A stretch of DNA of 64,000 nucleotides from Acidobacteriota bacterium (GTDB taxonomy: Bacteria; Acidobacteriota; UBA890; WLXD01). Made by a program: the position numbers and the translations under genes. Position 1 is the stretch's first letter. Each line of letters opens with the position of its first letter. The notes beneath the pieces are model-generated. The model made no database searches. It was not told the DNA's origin and saw only the letters and a list, made by a program, of their open reading frames with translations. The stretch lies in NCBI GenBank assembly GCA_965248695.1, contig CBDFKD010000002.1, forward strand, positions 5,013,201-5,077,200, read 5' to 3'. Below, piece by piece: positions 38,487 through 49,752 of this stretch.

Positions 38487-38560
38487 AGCCCCAACGGGAT
38501 TTGAACCCGTGCCGCCGGCTTGAAAGGCCGGTGTCCTAACCTGGCTAGACGATGGGGCCA
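38487..38560 (-). tRNA. tRNA-Glu (anticodon UUC)
   Basis: Reverse complement GGCCCCATCGTCTAGCCAGGTTAGGACACCGGCCTTTCAAGCCGGCGGCACGGGTTCAAATCCCGTTGGGGCTA. Cloverleaf with anticodon loop CTTTCAA. CCA not encoded. Confidence 0.8.
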
Positions 38561-38606
38561 CCCTGGAAAACCGCTGTGGCGAGGCCGGGTCACTAGGTAG
38601 AAGTGT

Positions 38607-38679
38607 GGGCCGTCAGGGGATCGAACCCTGGACACCCGGCTTAAAAGGCCGGTGCTCTGCCAACTGAGCTAACGGCCCG
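38607..38679 (-). tRNA. tRNA-Lys (anticodon UUU)
   Basis: Reverse complement GGGCCGTTAGCTCAGTTGGCAGAGCACCGGCCTTTTAAGCCGGGTGTCCAGGGTTCGATCCCCTGACGGCCCA. Anticodon loop CTTTTAA. Confidence 0.85.
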
Positions 38680-38717
38680 GACGGAGTATAAACCGGGTCG
38701 TAGGGTGGCATGCTCGT

Positions 38718-40313
38718 CTATTGCACGATCACGATTGCGTCGTTCGACGCAATCGCATCGCCGCAGCTGTTGCGGGCGATGATCCGAACGTAGTACGTGC
38801 CCGGACCGACCCCCGTCGCCATGAAACTGGTGTTCGGGCTGCTGAGATCTCGACCTGGAATGAGGTCGGATGCGCCGTCTCCTGACCCCGCCTGCAAGAT
38901 GTAGGTGGTGGGCGCGTTGGCACCGCCCTGGCTGCTCCATGTCAGGGTCACGGTTGTTCCGCTGACGCCGGAGGAAACTGTCACCGCGCTCGGCGGGCCG
39001 GTACACGATCCTCCTGCTGGCCCTCCGACATCCAATTCCACCTCATTCGATGGGCCGCTCGTGTCCACGAGATTGGTGGCATGAACACGTAGGAAGTAGG
39101 TTCGACTCCCGACGTTGTGGGTGACCAAGCTCGTCACATTGCCGACTCTCGAGATGACGATGTCACTGCCACCGGACGACGATCCGACGTGCAAAATGTA
39201 CTCGGTTGGAGCGCCACCCGAGCCCGGTGGGCTCCATGAGATCGTTACGGTCGAGCCGTCTGCGGACGCCGTCAGATTCGACGGAGCGCCTGGAGCGCTT
39301 TCTTCACCGCCACCGGTACCGTTCCCCGATCGGTAGTTCGCCACGATCCCGGCAGTCTCCTCGATGACGCGAGCGTTGTTAGAGATGCCTCCAACGCCTA
39401 TCGGGCCCGCCTCCGGCCCGCTGTAGGAAATGTTCGGATTCGAGAAGACAAGGAGCTCCAAGCACACCCGACGGAACCGGTCCACGCACTGGTCCACATA
39501 CGACATGACCGTTTGCCACGACTTGTTTGCCGACGGCCCGATGTGGACATGCCCGTGTCCGTCGCTGGAGTAGGCGCTGCCCTGCACGTACGGGTCGTGC
39601 CCCGGTCCCCATGTTGTGGCCGATCTCGTGAGCGAACGTATAGTTGGACACGCAAAAGAATGACGTCACGCTGAACGCCCATTCCGGGAACCCTGGCGAG
39701 ACCCAAGCGACCCCGCAGAAGTCGATTCCGTAGGTGAGCATGGCGACGAGGTCTGCCGCGTACCGTTCCCTGAGGGCGCCGACCGACTCCGACTTCCTGA
39801 GCCATGACAAGTCGTTGCTCATGGAGGACGATTCCGTGTAGGCGATCTCCTGCGTGTTGGCCAGGGTCAACCGAGCTCCTGAGCCACTGTTGCTGAAGGC
39901 GCCGTTCGTCTGCGCAACCCCCAGAAACGCCAGATTCTGAATGGCTGTCGTCCCACCGGCGCGCTGGCGCGCCTGCGGCGTGTACAGCACGAGGATCCTG
40001 ATGTCGCCGGCGCCATCCTTGGTCGTGGGGGTCGAGGTCTTTGTCTCCGGCTTCGCTGTGTCGCTCGGACGAGCGGGGAGGTGCTCCGGCGGAAGCAGCG
40101 CGCGGTCAATCTCCAGAACCCGATGGGTGCCGGCCCGTCCGGGTCTGACGCTGAAGGCCCGTTGACCGTCGCTGATCTCTGCTGTCAGCACTCCTTGGTG
40201 AACGACGAGGATGGCCTCCTGGTACGGTCGCCCTGGCTGGCAGAAACGAGCAGCAGCGCGAGCGTGATGGTCGGCACCGTTGTAGGGGACCGAAGTAGAT
40301 TGCCCAGGTCCAT
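38718..40313 (-). pseudogene. Secreted zinc metalloprotease (HEIGHNMG zincin, reprolysin/M12B-like) with two C-terminal FN3-like domains, broken by two frameshifts
   Basis: Signal peptide MDLGNLLRSPTTVPTITLALLLVSASQG in one frame. The catalytic domain with TFAHEIGHNMG is in a second frame, with the shift near 40226. FN3 repeats are in a third frame, with the shift near 39600 (atggggAccgggg). RBS GGGAG precedes the ATG at 40313. Confidence 0.6.
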
Positions 40314-40344
40314 GACGCTCCCTGAGGCCAGGTAGTTGACAACT

Positions 40345-40377
40345 GAAGCGTAGCGCCGGAGCAGTTCAGATCCAACG
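40345..40377. repeat. R-core repeat copy e
   Basis: gaagcgtagcgccggagcagttcagatccaacgg, lying ~35 bp upstream of the metalloprotease start. Confidence 0.5.
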
Positions 40378-40502
40378 GCAGGAGCGAGGCGAGAGCGCAG
40401 TGCGGACTGCGGAAGATGCGCCGGTGAACGTCGGCGTTTGCAACCAGTGTTCTACCCTGGGCGCCCGAACAGTGGATCAGGTCGCGGCGAAAGGAGACAT
40501 TC

Positions 40503-41538
40503 ATGGAGTATCGAGCCCTCGGCAGGACTGGCTTGCAGGTTTCCTGTATCGCCTTCGGAACCGACAACTTCCTCGACCCGACGCCGGAGGACGAGTCTCG
40601 GCGCATGCTCGACCGGGCGCTTGATGCGGGGGTGAACTTTCTGGACACGGGCGACGTGTACGCCGGCGGCGAAGCCGAGAAGATGATCGGCCGTGCGCTC
40701 AAGGACAGCGGCCCGGCGGCATGAGGTATTGCTGTCGACGAAGGTCGACCACTGCATGAGCATTCCGGGCCAATCGCTCGACGAGCACAGCCCGACGTCT
40801 GAGCCGAACCGACACGGTCTCTCGAAGTACAACGTCATCCGCGCCTGCGAGAACTCGCTGCGCAGCTTCCAGACCGACACCATCGACGTTTACTACGCTC
40901 ATAGGCACTCTCCCGAGATCCCACTCGACGAGACTCTTTCGGCGCTCGACTACCTGGTGCGCTCCGGCAAGGTCCGCTATGTCGGCACCTCGACGCATCC
41001 GGCGTGGGTGCTAATGGAGACGCTGGCGATCGCCAAGGAGCTCGGATACCAGCGAATCGTCACCGAGCAGCCGCCCTACAACCTGCTGGATCGGCGCATC
41101 GAGAACGAATTGATCCCGATGGCGCAGAAGCACGGCATCGGACTGATTACCTGGGCGCCGATGGGAATGGGAGTGCTGGCTGGCCGCTACGACGACGCCG
41201 ACGATCTACCTCAGGACTCTCGCGCCGTCTACAGGGGCGGCTTCTACCGCGACCGCGTCACGCCACGCGGCGTGGAGGTGGGGAAGCGCTTCGGTGCTAT
41301 CGCACGCGATCTGGGTTTGACATCGGCACAGCTGGCGCTTCTGTGGACCAAGGACCAGCTCGGGGTGACTGCGCCGCTGATGGGACCGCGAACGATGCAG
41401 CATCTCGAGGACGCCCTGCCGGTGGCCGACATGACGCTCGACGACGAGACGCGCGCCGCCTGTGACGCCCTCGTGCCTCCGGGCTCCGCCGTGGCGGACT
41501 TCCACAACACGTCGGGTTGGATGCGGATGTCGGTCTGA
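40503..41538 (+). CDS. Aldo/keto reductase interrupted by a frameshift near 40720
   Basis: N-terminus MEYRALGRTGLQVSCIAFGT...GRALKDSG, then a frame change, then RRHEVLLSTKV...YYAHRHSP...GTSTHPAW...ITWAPMGMGVLAGRY. Confidence 0.65.
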
Positions 41539-41559
41539 GGCCCGTAGACGCCAGCGTGC

Positions 41560-41696
41560 TCCTCGGTTACCCCACATGACCGCTCCTGACTAAGAAATGT
41601 GCAGGATGCTTTCTTCTTGCTTTAAGGTATCTAAAAGAAGTAATTAATCACTTATAGAACTCAATTCTGACTTCTAATAACTACTCCGTGAAGTGA
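41560..41696 (+). promoter_or_regulatory. AT-rich (~30% GC) leader/promoter region upstream of the REC-GGDEF-EAL gene
   Basis: ttcttcttgctttaaggtatctaaaagaagtaattaatcacttatagaactcaattctgacttctaataactac sits in a genome that is otherwise ~67% GC. Confidence 0.4.
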
Positions 41697-42150
41697 ATGA
41701 GCAAGTCGAGTTCCAAGAAGTCCAGGGGCCGTCAGGTCGACGTGAGCCAGGGAGAAGAAAGCCCGATCATTCTCGTGGCCGACGACGACCCGATGATCCG
41801 CCTCACCGCGCGGACGACCCTGGAGAAGTGGGGCATGCGGGTAGCGGAGGCCGACGACGGGCCGGCCGCGCTCGCCGCACTTGACGATCACTACCCGTGG
41901 CTCGTGCTCCTCGATGTGATGATGCCCGGTATGGATGGTTTCGAGGTCTGCCGTCGGTTGCGGGAGTCCGAGGATCACTCACGCATTCCGGTCATGATGC
42001 TGACAGGGCTGGATGATACCGAGTCGATCCGGCGTGCCTATGACGCAGGCGCCACCGATTTCTTCACCAAGCCGGTGAATTGGATGATTCTCGCGGAGCG
42101 GGTGCGGTACATGCTGCGCGCCGCGTATGACAGCGGCCGTCTGGAACTGT
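41697..42150 (+). CDS. Response-regulator receiver (REC) domain: the N-terminal part of a REC-PAS-GGDEF-EAL gene split by IS256 insertion
   Basis: CheY-like IILVADDDP...D(52)VMMPGMDGF...K. The reading frame is interrupted at ...GRLELW by the IS. Confidence 0.7.
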
Positions 42151-43514
42151 GGATCCGGCCCGAGTCCTGTGGAAATAAAGATGGCGTAACCTCCGAGTAG
42201 GAAAAACACAAAGCCGCCACGAGCGGCAGGAGGCTACGCCGTGAAGCAGGTTAGCACGGAGGGAACCGGGCTCGTCGAGTTCCGGCAGGACGTACAGGCG
42301 CTGTTGCGCACCAGGATCCGCGAGGCGATCCAGATGACGCTTGACGAGGAGCTCACCGAGGCGCTGGGTTGCGACCGATACGAGCGCAACGGGCAGCGGC
42401 GAGGCTACCGCAACGGCAGCCAAAGGCGTCGGGTGACGACAGCCCAAGGGCTCCAGGAGCTGGACATACCGCGGGGGCGCATCGTGGGGCAAGACGGCAG
42501 CACCCGAGAGTTCCGCAGCGCGATCCTGCCACGGTACGCACGGCGAGCCCGGCAGGTGGACGAGGCGATCCTGGGAGCATACCTGGCGGGAGCCAACACC
42601 CGGCGGATCCGCAAGGCGCTCTCTCCGCTGCTGGGCAAGGCGCACCTGACCAAGAGCACGATCTCCAGGGTGGTGGGGCGCCTGAAGGCGTACTTCGAGC
42701 GCTGGAGACAGCGAGATGTGTCAGGCGAGCGGTACTGGATCCTGTATTTGGACGGGTTCCATCTGAAGGTCAGGCTGGCGAGGCGGGTCGTGTCGGCGCC
42801 GGTACTGGCGGTGCTCGGGGTCCAGCCCGACGGCCAGAAGGTGTTGGTAGCGTTGCAGTTGGCGGTCTCGGAGGCAGCGGTGCACTGGCAAGGACTGATC
42901 GAGTCGCTGGTGAGACGAGGGCTGCAGGCGCCGGAGGTGCTGATCGCCGACGGCCACAAGGGCCTGGCCAAGGCGATCGAGGTATGGCCCGATGTGTCGG
43001 TGCAGCGGTGCACACAACACAAGTGGAGCAACTTACGCGACCACTGCCCGGTTCATGCACGTGCGGAGATGAAGCGGGACTGGGATGCGATCGTCCGGGC
43101 CGATGACGGCAACCAGGCCAGAGCCGCCTACGCCGCCTTCGTACGCAAGTGGTCGACCCTCGTGCCCGCCGTGGCCCGGAGCCTGCAGGAGGCCGGCTTG
43201 AACCTGCTGACTTTCTACCAGTTCCCGAAGCCGATGTGGAAGACGCTGCGCACCACCAACGCCCTCGAGAACCTGAACCGGGAGTTCCGTCGTCGTACCA
43301 AGACGCAGGGCTCGTTCTCGACCGAGGCCGCTGGGGTGACGTTGCTGTGGAGCCTGGTCGCCTTCGGCCAGATCCGCATGCGACGCATCGATGGCCACCG
43401 GTTCTTGGCTCAGCTCACGTGCGGCCCCGACAAACAGGCCGCCTAACCGATAGGATCATCCGTCGTCGCGGAGGAGACGCTCATCCAATTTCCACGACAT
43501 TCGGGGCACATCCC
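42151..43514 (+). mobile_element. IS256-family insertion sequence with an 8-bp target-site duplication GGAACTGT
   Basis: Imperfect terminal IRs ggatccggcccgagtcctgtggaaataaagatggcg / gggatgtgccccgaatgtcgtggaaattggatgagcg. TSD copies at 42143-42150 and 43515-43522. 1364 bp. Confidence 0.8.
42241..43446 (+). CDS. IS256-family (Mutator-type) transposase
   Basis: 401 aa. YLDGFHLKVR, IADGHKGL, QRCTQHKWSNL and TTNALENLNREFRRRTK motifs. Confidence 0.9.
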   Translation: MKQVSTEGTGLVEFRQDVQALLRTRIREAIQMTLDEELTEALGCDRYERNGQRRGYRNGSQRRRVTTAQGLQELDIPRGRIVGQDGSTREFRSAILPRYARRARQVDEAILGAYLAGANTRRIRKALSPLLGKAHLTKSTISRVVGRLKAYFERWRQRDVSGERYWILYLDGFHLKVRLARRVVSAPVLAVLGVQPDGQKVLVALQLAVSEAAVHWQGLIESLVRRGLQAPEVLIADGHKGLAKAIEVWPDVSVQRCTQHKWSNLRDHCPVHARAEMKRDWDAIVRADDGNQARAAYAAFVRKWSTLVPAVARSLQEAGLNLLTFYQFPKPMWKTLRTTNALENLNREFRRRTKTQGSFSTEAAGVTLLWSLVAFGQIRMRRIDGHRFLAQLTCGPDKQAA

Positions 43515-45240
43515 GGAACTGTACGAGCGGATGCTCGAAGACGCCGGCCTCGCCCACTGGGAGTCGCCCGACGCGACCGAGAAGGTGATGGACTTCTCTC
43601 AGCGTTCCAAGGAGCTTCTGAGGCTCCCCTGGGCGACGAGCAGATGCGCCGAGCGCGAGTTCATGGAGCGGGTGCTTGCCAGCGATCGCGGAGAGTTAGA
43701 AGCGGTGCGCACGAAGGCCCGGGAGTTTGGCCGCGCATACACCATCGAGTATCAACTCTACGATCGCAACGATGACACGCTGTTCGTCATAGAGCGTGGC
43801 GAGATGCTCCGGGACGACCGCGACCGCGAGCCGAAGCTGGTCGCCACATGTCAGGACATCACTGCCCGTCGCAAGAGCGAGGAGCGGATCGAACGGCTGG
43901 CGAACTCCGATGCGCTCACCGGGCTACCGAATCGGCGTCTGCTCGACGACCGTTTCCAGCAAGCACTTCACCGGGCCGGCCGCCAAGAGCGACCGCTAGC
44001 GTGTCTGTTCCTGGATCTGGATCGTTTCAAGCAGGTCAACGACAGTCTCGGGCACTCGGCCGGCGACGAGTTGCTCGCCGAGGCGGCGAAGCGCCTACTA
44101 GGCTGCGTACGCGACGTCGACACCGTGGCCAGGTTCAGTGCGGAGATCGAGCCGACGGTGGCGCGCTTCGGGGGCGACGAGTTCGTCATCCTGCTCGAGG
44201 CGATGCGCAACGAAGACGACGCAGAATTGGTGGCTCGGCGCATCCAAGAGCTGTTTGCTTTCCCATTCTCCATCGGCGGCTACGATGATCTCCGAGTAAC
44301 ACCGAGTGTCGGGATCTCTCTGTTCCCGCGCGACGGTACGGACTCCGAGACGTTGCTCAAGCACGCCGACGCGGCGATGTATGAGGCCAAGGAGCGTGGC
44401 GGCAAGGACTACAGCTTCTTCAGCCAGGAGATCGACGACAAAGCGCAACGCCGGCTTTCCATCGAACAGGCGTTGCACCGTGCGCTCGACAACAACGAGT
44501 TCTTTCTCCACTACCAGCCGCTGTTCTCGGCCGCTGACGGGAGCCTCACTGGAGTCGAGGCGCTGCTGAGGTGGACCGGTCCGGAACACGGCATGGTCTC
44601 GCCTGCGGAGTTCCTGCCGATCGCTGAAGACACCACCCTGATCCTGGCCATCGGCGATTGGGTGTTGGAGCGGTCCTGCGCCGATTGGCGGGCTCTCTTC
44701 GACGCGGGGGTTCCACCGCTGCGAGTAGCGGTCAATATCTCGGCGCTGCAGCTGCGGCGTGGTGACCTCGTGGCGCGCATTCGATCCGTACTCGGCAGCA
44801 CCGGCTTCCCGGCGCAGTGCCTCGAGCTCGAGCTTACCGAGAGCCTTCTCATTGGCGACGCTTTCCACGTCCACGACGCGCTGGACAAGCTCAAGGAGTT
44901 GGATGTCAACATCGCCCTCGACGACTTCGGCACCGGCTACTCATCGCTGAGCGTCCTCAAGCAGTTTCCTATCGATCGAATCAAGATCGACCGCTCGTTT
45001 ATCAGGAACCTGACCGTCCACCCCGAAAACGAGAGCATTGTCAGCGCCATCATCGCGATGGCCGCCGGGTTGCGGATGCAGGTGAGCGCCGAGGGCGTCG
45101 AGCTCGACGAGCAGCTGAGCTTTCTCCGTAAGCGCGGCTGCGATGAAGTCCAGGGGTATCTGCTGGGGCACCCGCTGCCACTGGAGGAGCTGGTAGAGCA
45201 GCTCTTCGATCCTGACATTCGCTTGCCGGTGGCCTCCTGA
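43515..45240 (+). CDS. PAS-GGDEF-EAL diguanylate cyclase/phosphodiesterase: the C-terminal part of the IS-disrupted gene
   Basis: The frame continues in phase across the TSD (...ELYERMLEDAGLAHWE). GGDEF motif intact (RFGGDEF). EAL motif (EALLRW) and DDFGTGYSS. Confidence 0.8.
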
Positions 45241-45388
45241 CTCCTGGACGTACCATCGGCTGGTTGCGCTTTGCGCCGACCTACCTCGCGTACCGTCCGA
45301 GGTTGCCCACAAGACGGTTGCCTCGCGTCGAAGGGCGGGTGATGCTTCGCGCTCGAGATCGCTCGCTTGTCAGGAGCGCACCACATCG

Positions 45389-45625
45389 ATGAACGGTATG
45401 ACCGCCAAACGGGTTCGCGAGCTACGCGGTACGGACACCGGCGCTGCGTTCGGTGAGCGAGTCCGGCTCGAGCTGGCCGACCTGCTCGCGGTACCCCTCA
45501 GCAACATTCCTAAGGTGAGCTATACACAGGTCTCGCGTTGGGAGAGTCGTGGCCTCGATCCGAGCACCGGGAAGATCTCGACGCTGGTCTACCTGGCGGC
45601 GCTACGGCGCTTGCGTCGGCGATAG
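45389..45625 (+). CDS. Small HTH (XRE-like) DNA-binding protein
   Basis: 78 aa. Helix-turn-helix-like MTAKRVRELRGTDTGAAFGERV...SYTQVSRWE. Confidence 0.4.
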   Translation: MNGMTAKRVRELRGTDTGAAFGERVRLELADLLAVPLSNIPKVSYTQVSRWESRGLDPSTGKISTLVYLAALRRLRRR

Positions 45626-45685
45626 ACGGACGTCGGTGGCGAAGCGCAAGAGCTTCGTAGGTCCACCTTCACTTCCGCGACGGCG

Positions 45686-47104
<1,419 letters not shown>

Positions 47105-47248
47105 TCAACCCGAGGATCGTAGCAAGAGCCCAACGGGTCAACAAGCAGCCGGTATGCTACGCATCTGCCGCCAACTCGGCGGCCGGTCCCGGGCGCGACG
47201 GTCGTTGCCGTGCGCTCATTTGATCTTGCCCCGCCTGCTCGACAACCG

Positions 47249-47452
47249 ATGAATCTTGACTGGAAGCTCATCTGGATCGCCTTCGGCCTCGTGCTCATCA
47301 TCGAGGGGCTGCCGTACTTCCTCTTCCCGGAACGGGCCGTTGCGCTGCTGCGCCAGCTGGAGGACGCCGGGCCTGGACCGTTGCGGCTGTTCGGCTTTCT
47401 GGCAATGATGGCCGGGGTAGTGTTCCTTCTTGTCGGGCGCTGGCTTGCGTGA
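47249..47452 (+). CDS. DUF2065-like small membrane protein
   Basis: Two TM helices (MNLDWKLIWIAFGLVLIIEGLPYF...). Typical DUF2065 size. Confidence 0.45.
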   Translation: MNLDWKLIWIAFGLVLIIEGLPYFLFPERAVALLRQLEDAGPGPLRLFGFLAMMAGVVFLLVGRWLA

Positions 47453-47470
47453 CGGACTAGCGATGGAGCG

Positions 47471-48976
47471 ATGGTGATCGAGATCGATGGTCTCAACCTG
47501 CGGTTGGCCGAGGTGGAACGCGTGGCGAGATCGGCCGGGCCCGCGGTCCAGCTCGCCGCGGCCGCGCGTGAGGCCATGGATCGTACGCGAGAGCACGTCG
47601 ACGCCATCGTGGAGTCGGGTGAGCCAGCCTATGGCGTGAACACCGGCTTCGGGCACTTCGCCGAAGTCAGCGTGCCGCCCGACCGGGTGCGTGAGCTACA
47701 GCTGAACCTGGTGCGATCGCATGCCGTGGGCACGGGCGAGCCCCTGCCGCCAGAGGCAGTGAGGGCGCTGCTGCTGTTGCGCGCCAACGTCATGGCGCGA
47801 GGTGCTTCGGGAGTGCGACCCGCAGTAGCGGATCAGATGCTCGGCCTGCTGCGAGCCGACGCGCTTCCGGTGGTGCCTCGTCAGGGCTCGGTCGGCGCGT
47901 CGGGCGACCTCGCGCCGCTGGGGCACCTGGCTTTGGTCCTCATTGGTGAGGGCGACGCCACGATCGATGGCGAGCGCGTGTCGGGCGCTGACGCGCTGCG
48001 CCATGCCGGGCTGGAGCCGCTGGAGCTTCTGGCTAAGGAAGGACTGGCGTTGCTGAACGGCACGCAGGTGATGACTGCCCTTGGTGTGCTTGCCAGCGCC
48101 GAGCTGTTGCGGCTCTGCAGCATTGCCAACGTCGCCGGTGCTCTGAGTCTGGAGGCGCTGCGCGGCAAGACAGGGCCGTTCGATCCCGTAGTGGCAGAGC
48201 TGCGACGTCACCCCGGACAGGCGGTGTGCGCCGATGAGCTACGCCACCTGCTACACGAGAGCGAGCTGGCGAACAGCGATGCGACACGGGTGCAGGACTG
48301 CTACTCGCTGCGCTGTATGCCGCAGGTGCACGGTGCCGCGGTCGATGCTTGCGAGGCCGTACGGCGGGTGCTCCGAATAGAAGTGAACTCGGCGACCGAC
48401 AACCCGCTCGTGCTCGCGGATGGCCGCCTGCTCAGCTGTGGCAATTTTCACGGGCAGCCAGTAGCCCAGGCGCTCGACTGGTTGGCGATGGCGGCCGCCG
48501 ACCTAGCGTCAATCTGTGAGCGCCGCATCAACCGGCTATTGAACCCCAACCTGTCTGGTCTGCCGGCGTTCCTGGTGCGCGACGGCGGAGTGCGGTCCGG
48601 ATATCTGCTGGTGCAGACCGCCGCCGCGTCGCTGGTATCCGAGACACGAACGCTGGCAGCGCCCGCCAGCATCGACAGCATCCCGACCTCGGCCGATCAG
48701 GAAGATCATGTGTCGATGGGCGTCTGGAGCGGCTGGAAGGCGATGCTGGCGGTGGTGAACTGCCGCCGGGTGGTGGCCATGGAGTTACTTTGCGCTGCGG
48801 AGGCAGTGAGCTTCCATTCCCCCGCGGTTCCGGCTCCGAGGCTGGGAGAAGCGCACGCCTGGGTACGGCAGGAGGCGGCAGCCCTCGACGCCGACCGCTC
48901 GCTCGCGGCGGATATCGAGAATCTGGCGAATCGCCTGGTCGATGACACGCTGCTCGCCCGGGTCGCGCTACGGTGA
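47471..48976 (+). CDS. hutH: Histidine ammonia-lyase family (MIO-dependent) enzyme
   Basis: GSVGASGDLAPLGH MIO triad. SDNPLV. GGNFHGQPVA. 501 aa. No hutU, hutI or hutG adjacent. Confidence 0.8.
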   Translation: MVIEIDGLNLRLAEVERVARSAGPAVQLAAAAREAMDRTREHVDAIVESGEPAYGVNTGFGHFAEVSVPPDRVRELQLNLVRSHAVGTGEPLPPEAVRALLLLRANVMARGASGVRPAVADQMLGLLRADALPVVPRQGSVGASGDLAPLGHLALVLIGEGDATIDGERVSGADALRHAGLEPLELLAKEGLALLNGTQVMTALGVLASAELLRLCSIANVAGALSLEALRGKTGPFDPVVAELRRHPGQAVCADELRHLLHESELANSDATRVQDCYSLRCMPQVHGAAVDACEAVRRVLRIEVNSATDNPLVLADGRLLSCGNFHGQPVAQALDWLAMAAADLASICERRINRLLNPNLSGLPAFLVRDGGVRSGYLLVQTAAASLVSETRTLAAPASIDSIPTSADQEDHVSMGVWSGWKAMLAVVNCRRVVAMELLCAAEAVSFHSPAVPAPRLGEAHAWVRQEAAALDADRSLAADIENLANRLVDDTLLARVALR

Positions 48977-49725
48977 GCCGTACGGTGCCGAACGTCTGCC
49001 GTATCGGAGGCGTGTCCGTGGGGCTGCTGGCGGTGCTCGCCTGCGGAGCCGAATCGGTTGCGGCGCAGCGGACTTACGAGATCATCGACGACCTCGCAGC
49101 GCATGACTTCGGCGCGGCGTCGAGCCGTTATCGGATGTACGAGTCGGAGGTGTTGTCGCTCGAGGCGGCGCCGGTCTGGCGACGGGCGCTGGCGCACGAA
49201 GATGCCACCGTACGGGAATGGGCAGTAGACGCCCTGTCACGTGCCGGCGCCGCCGAGGACGTGGCTCGCATCACCGAGGTGCTCGACGACAGCTCGCGGG
49301 GCGTGCGACAGCAAGCCCTCGACGGGTTGATCCGCCTGGATCCGAGCGCCGCAGATCAGGCGTTCCGCGAGCGGCTCGACCGGTCGGCGCCCGAGCAAGT
49401 GGCACTGGCGGCGCAGGGTCTGGCGCAGCTCGGCGCGCAGGGAGCAGCCGTAGCGATTCTGAGGCGCGCCTTCGACGAGGAGTTGCCGGCGAGCACTCGC
49501 GGCGCGCTGATGCAGCCGCTGGCGGCTCTCGGCGACGCCGCAGTGGTGGGAGATCTGGTCGATCTGGCGCTCGACAGCGATGCGGATGTGCAGTTGCGGC
49601 GTCTGGCGGCCGAGGCTGTCGTCGCCATCGAGACGGCTGATCCCAGGGTTGCGCTGCGACGGCTGGCGACGGCGAACGACGAGTACATCCAGGCGCTCGG
49701 CGAGCGGGGGCTCGAACTCCAGTAG
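48973..49725 (+). CDS. HEAT/PBS-lyase-repeat lipoprotein
   Basis: Lipobox LAVLACG. Repeated A..ALG.IGD..A...L HEAT-like units. Start overlaps the hutH stop by 4 bp. Confidence 0.45.
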   Translation: MSRTVPNVCRIGGVSVGLLAVLACGAESVAAQRTYEIIDDLAAHDFGAASSRYRMYESEVLSLEAAPVWRRALAHEDATVREWAVDALSRAGAAEDVARITEVLDDSSRGVRQQALDGLIRLDPSAADQAFRERLDRSAPEQVALAAQGLAQLGAQGAAVAILRRAFDEELPASTRGALMQPLAALGDAAVVGDLVDLALDSDADVQLRRLAAEAVVAIETADPRVALRRLATANDEYIQALGERGLELQ

Positions 49726-49752
49726 ATCAGGGAGTCGCGGGCGAGGCGGAAC

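Noticed and set aside
38187-38635. ORFs overlapping the tRNA-Glu and tRNA-Lys genes (38187..38561 and 38246..38635).
   Set aside because: They are translations of the tRNA sequence and its trailer. The same pseudo-peptide (FNILAVGAT...) reappears wherever the tRNA-like repeat occurs, which shows the similarity is in the DNA rather than in a protein.
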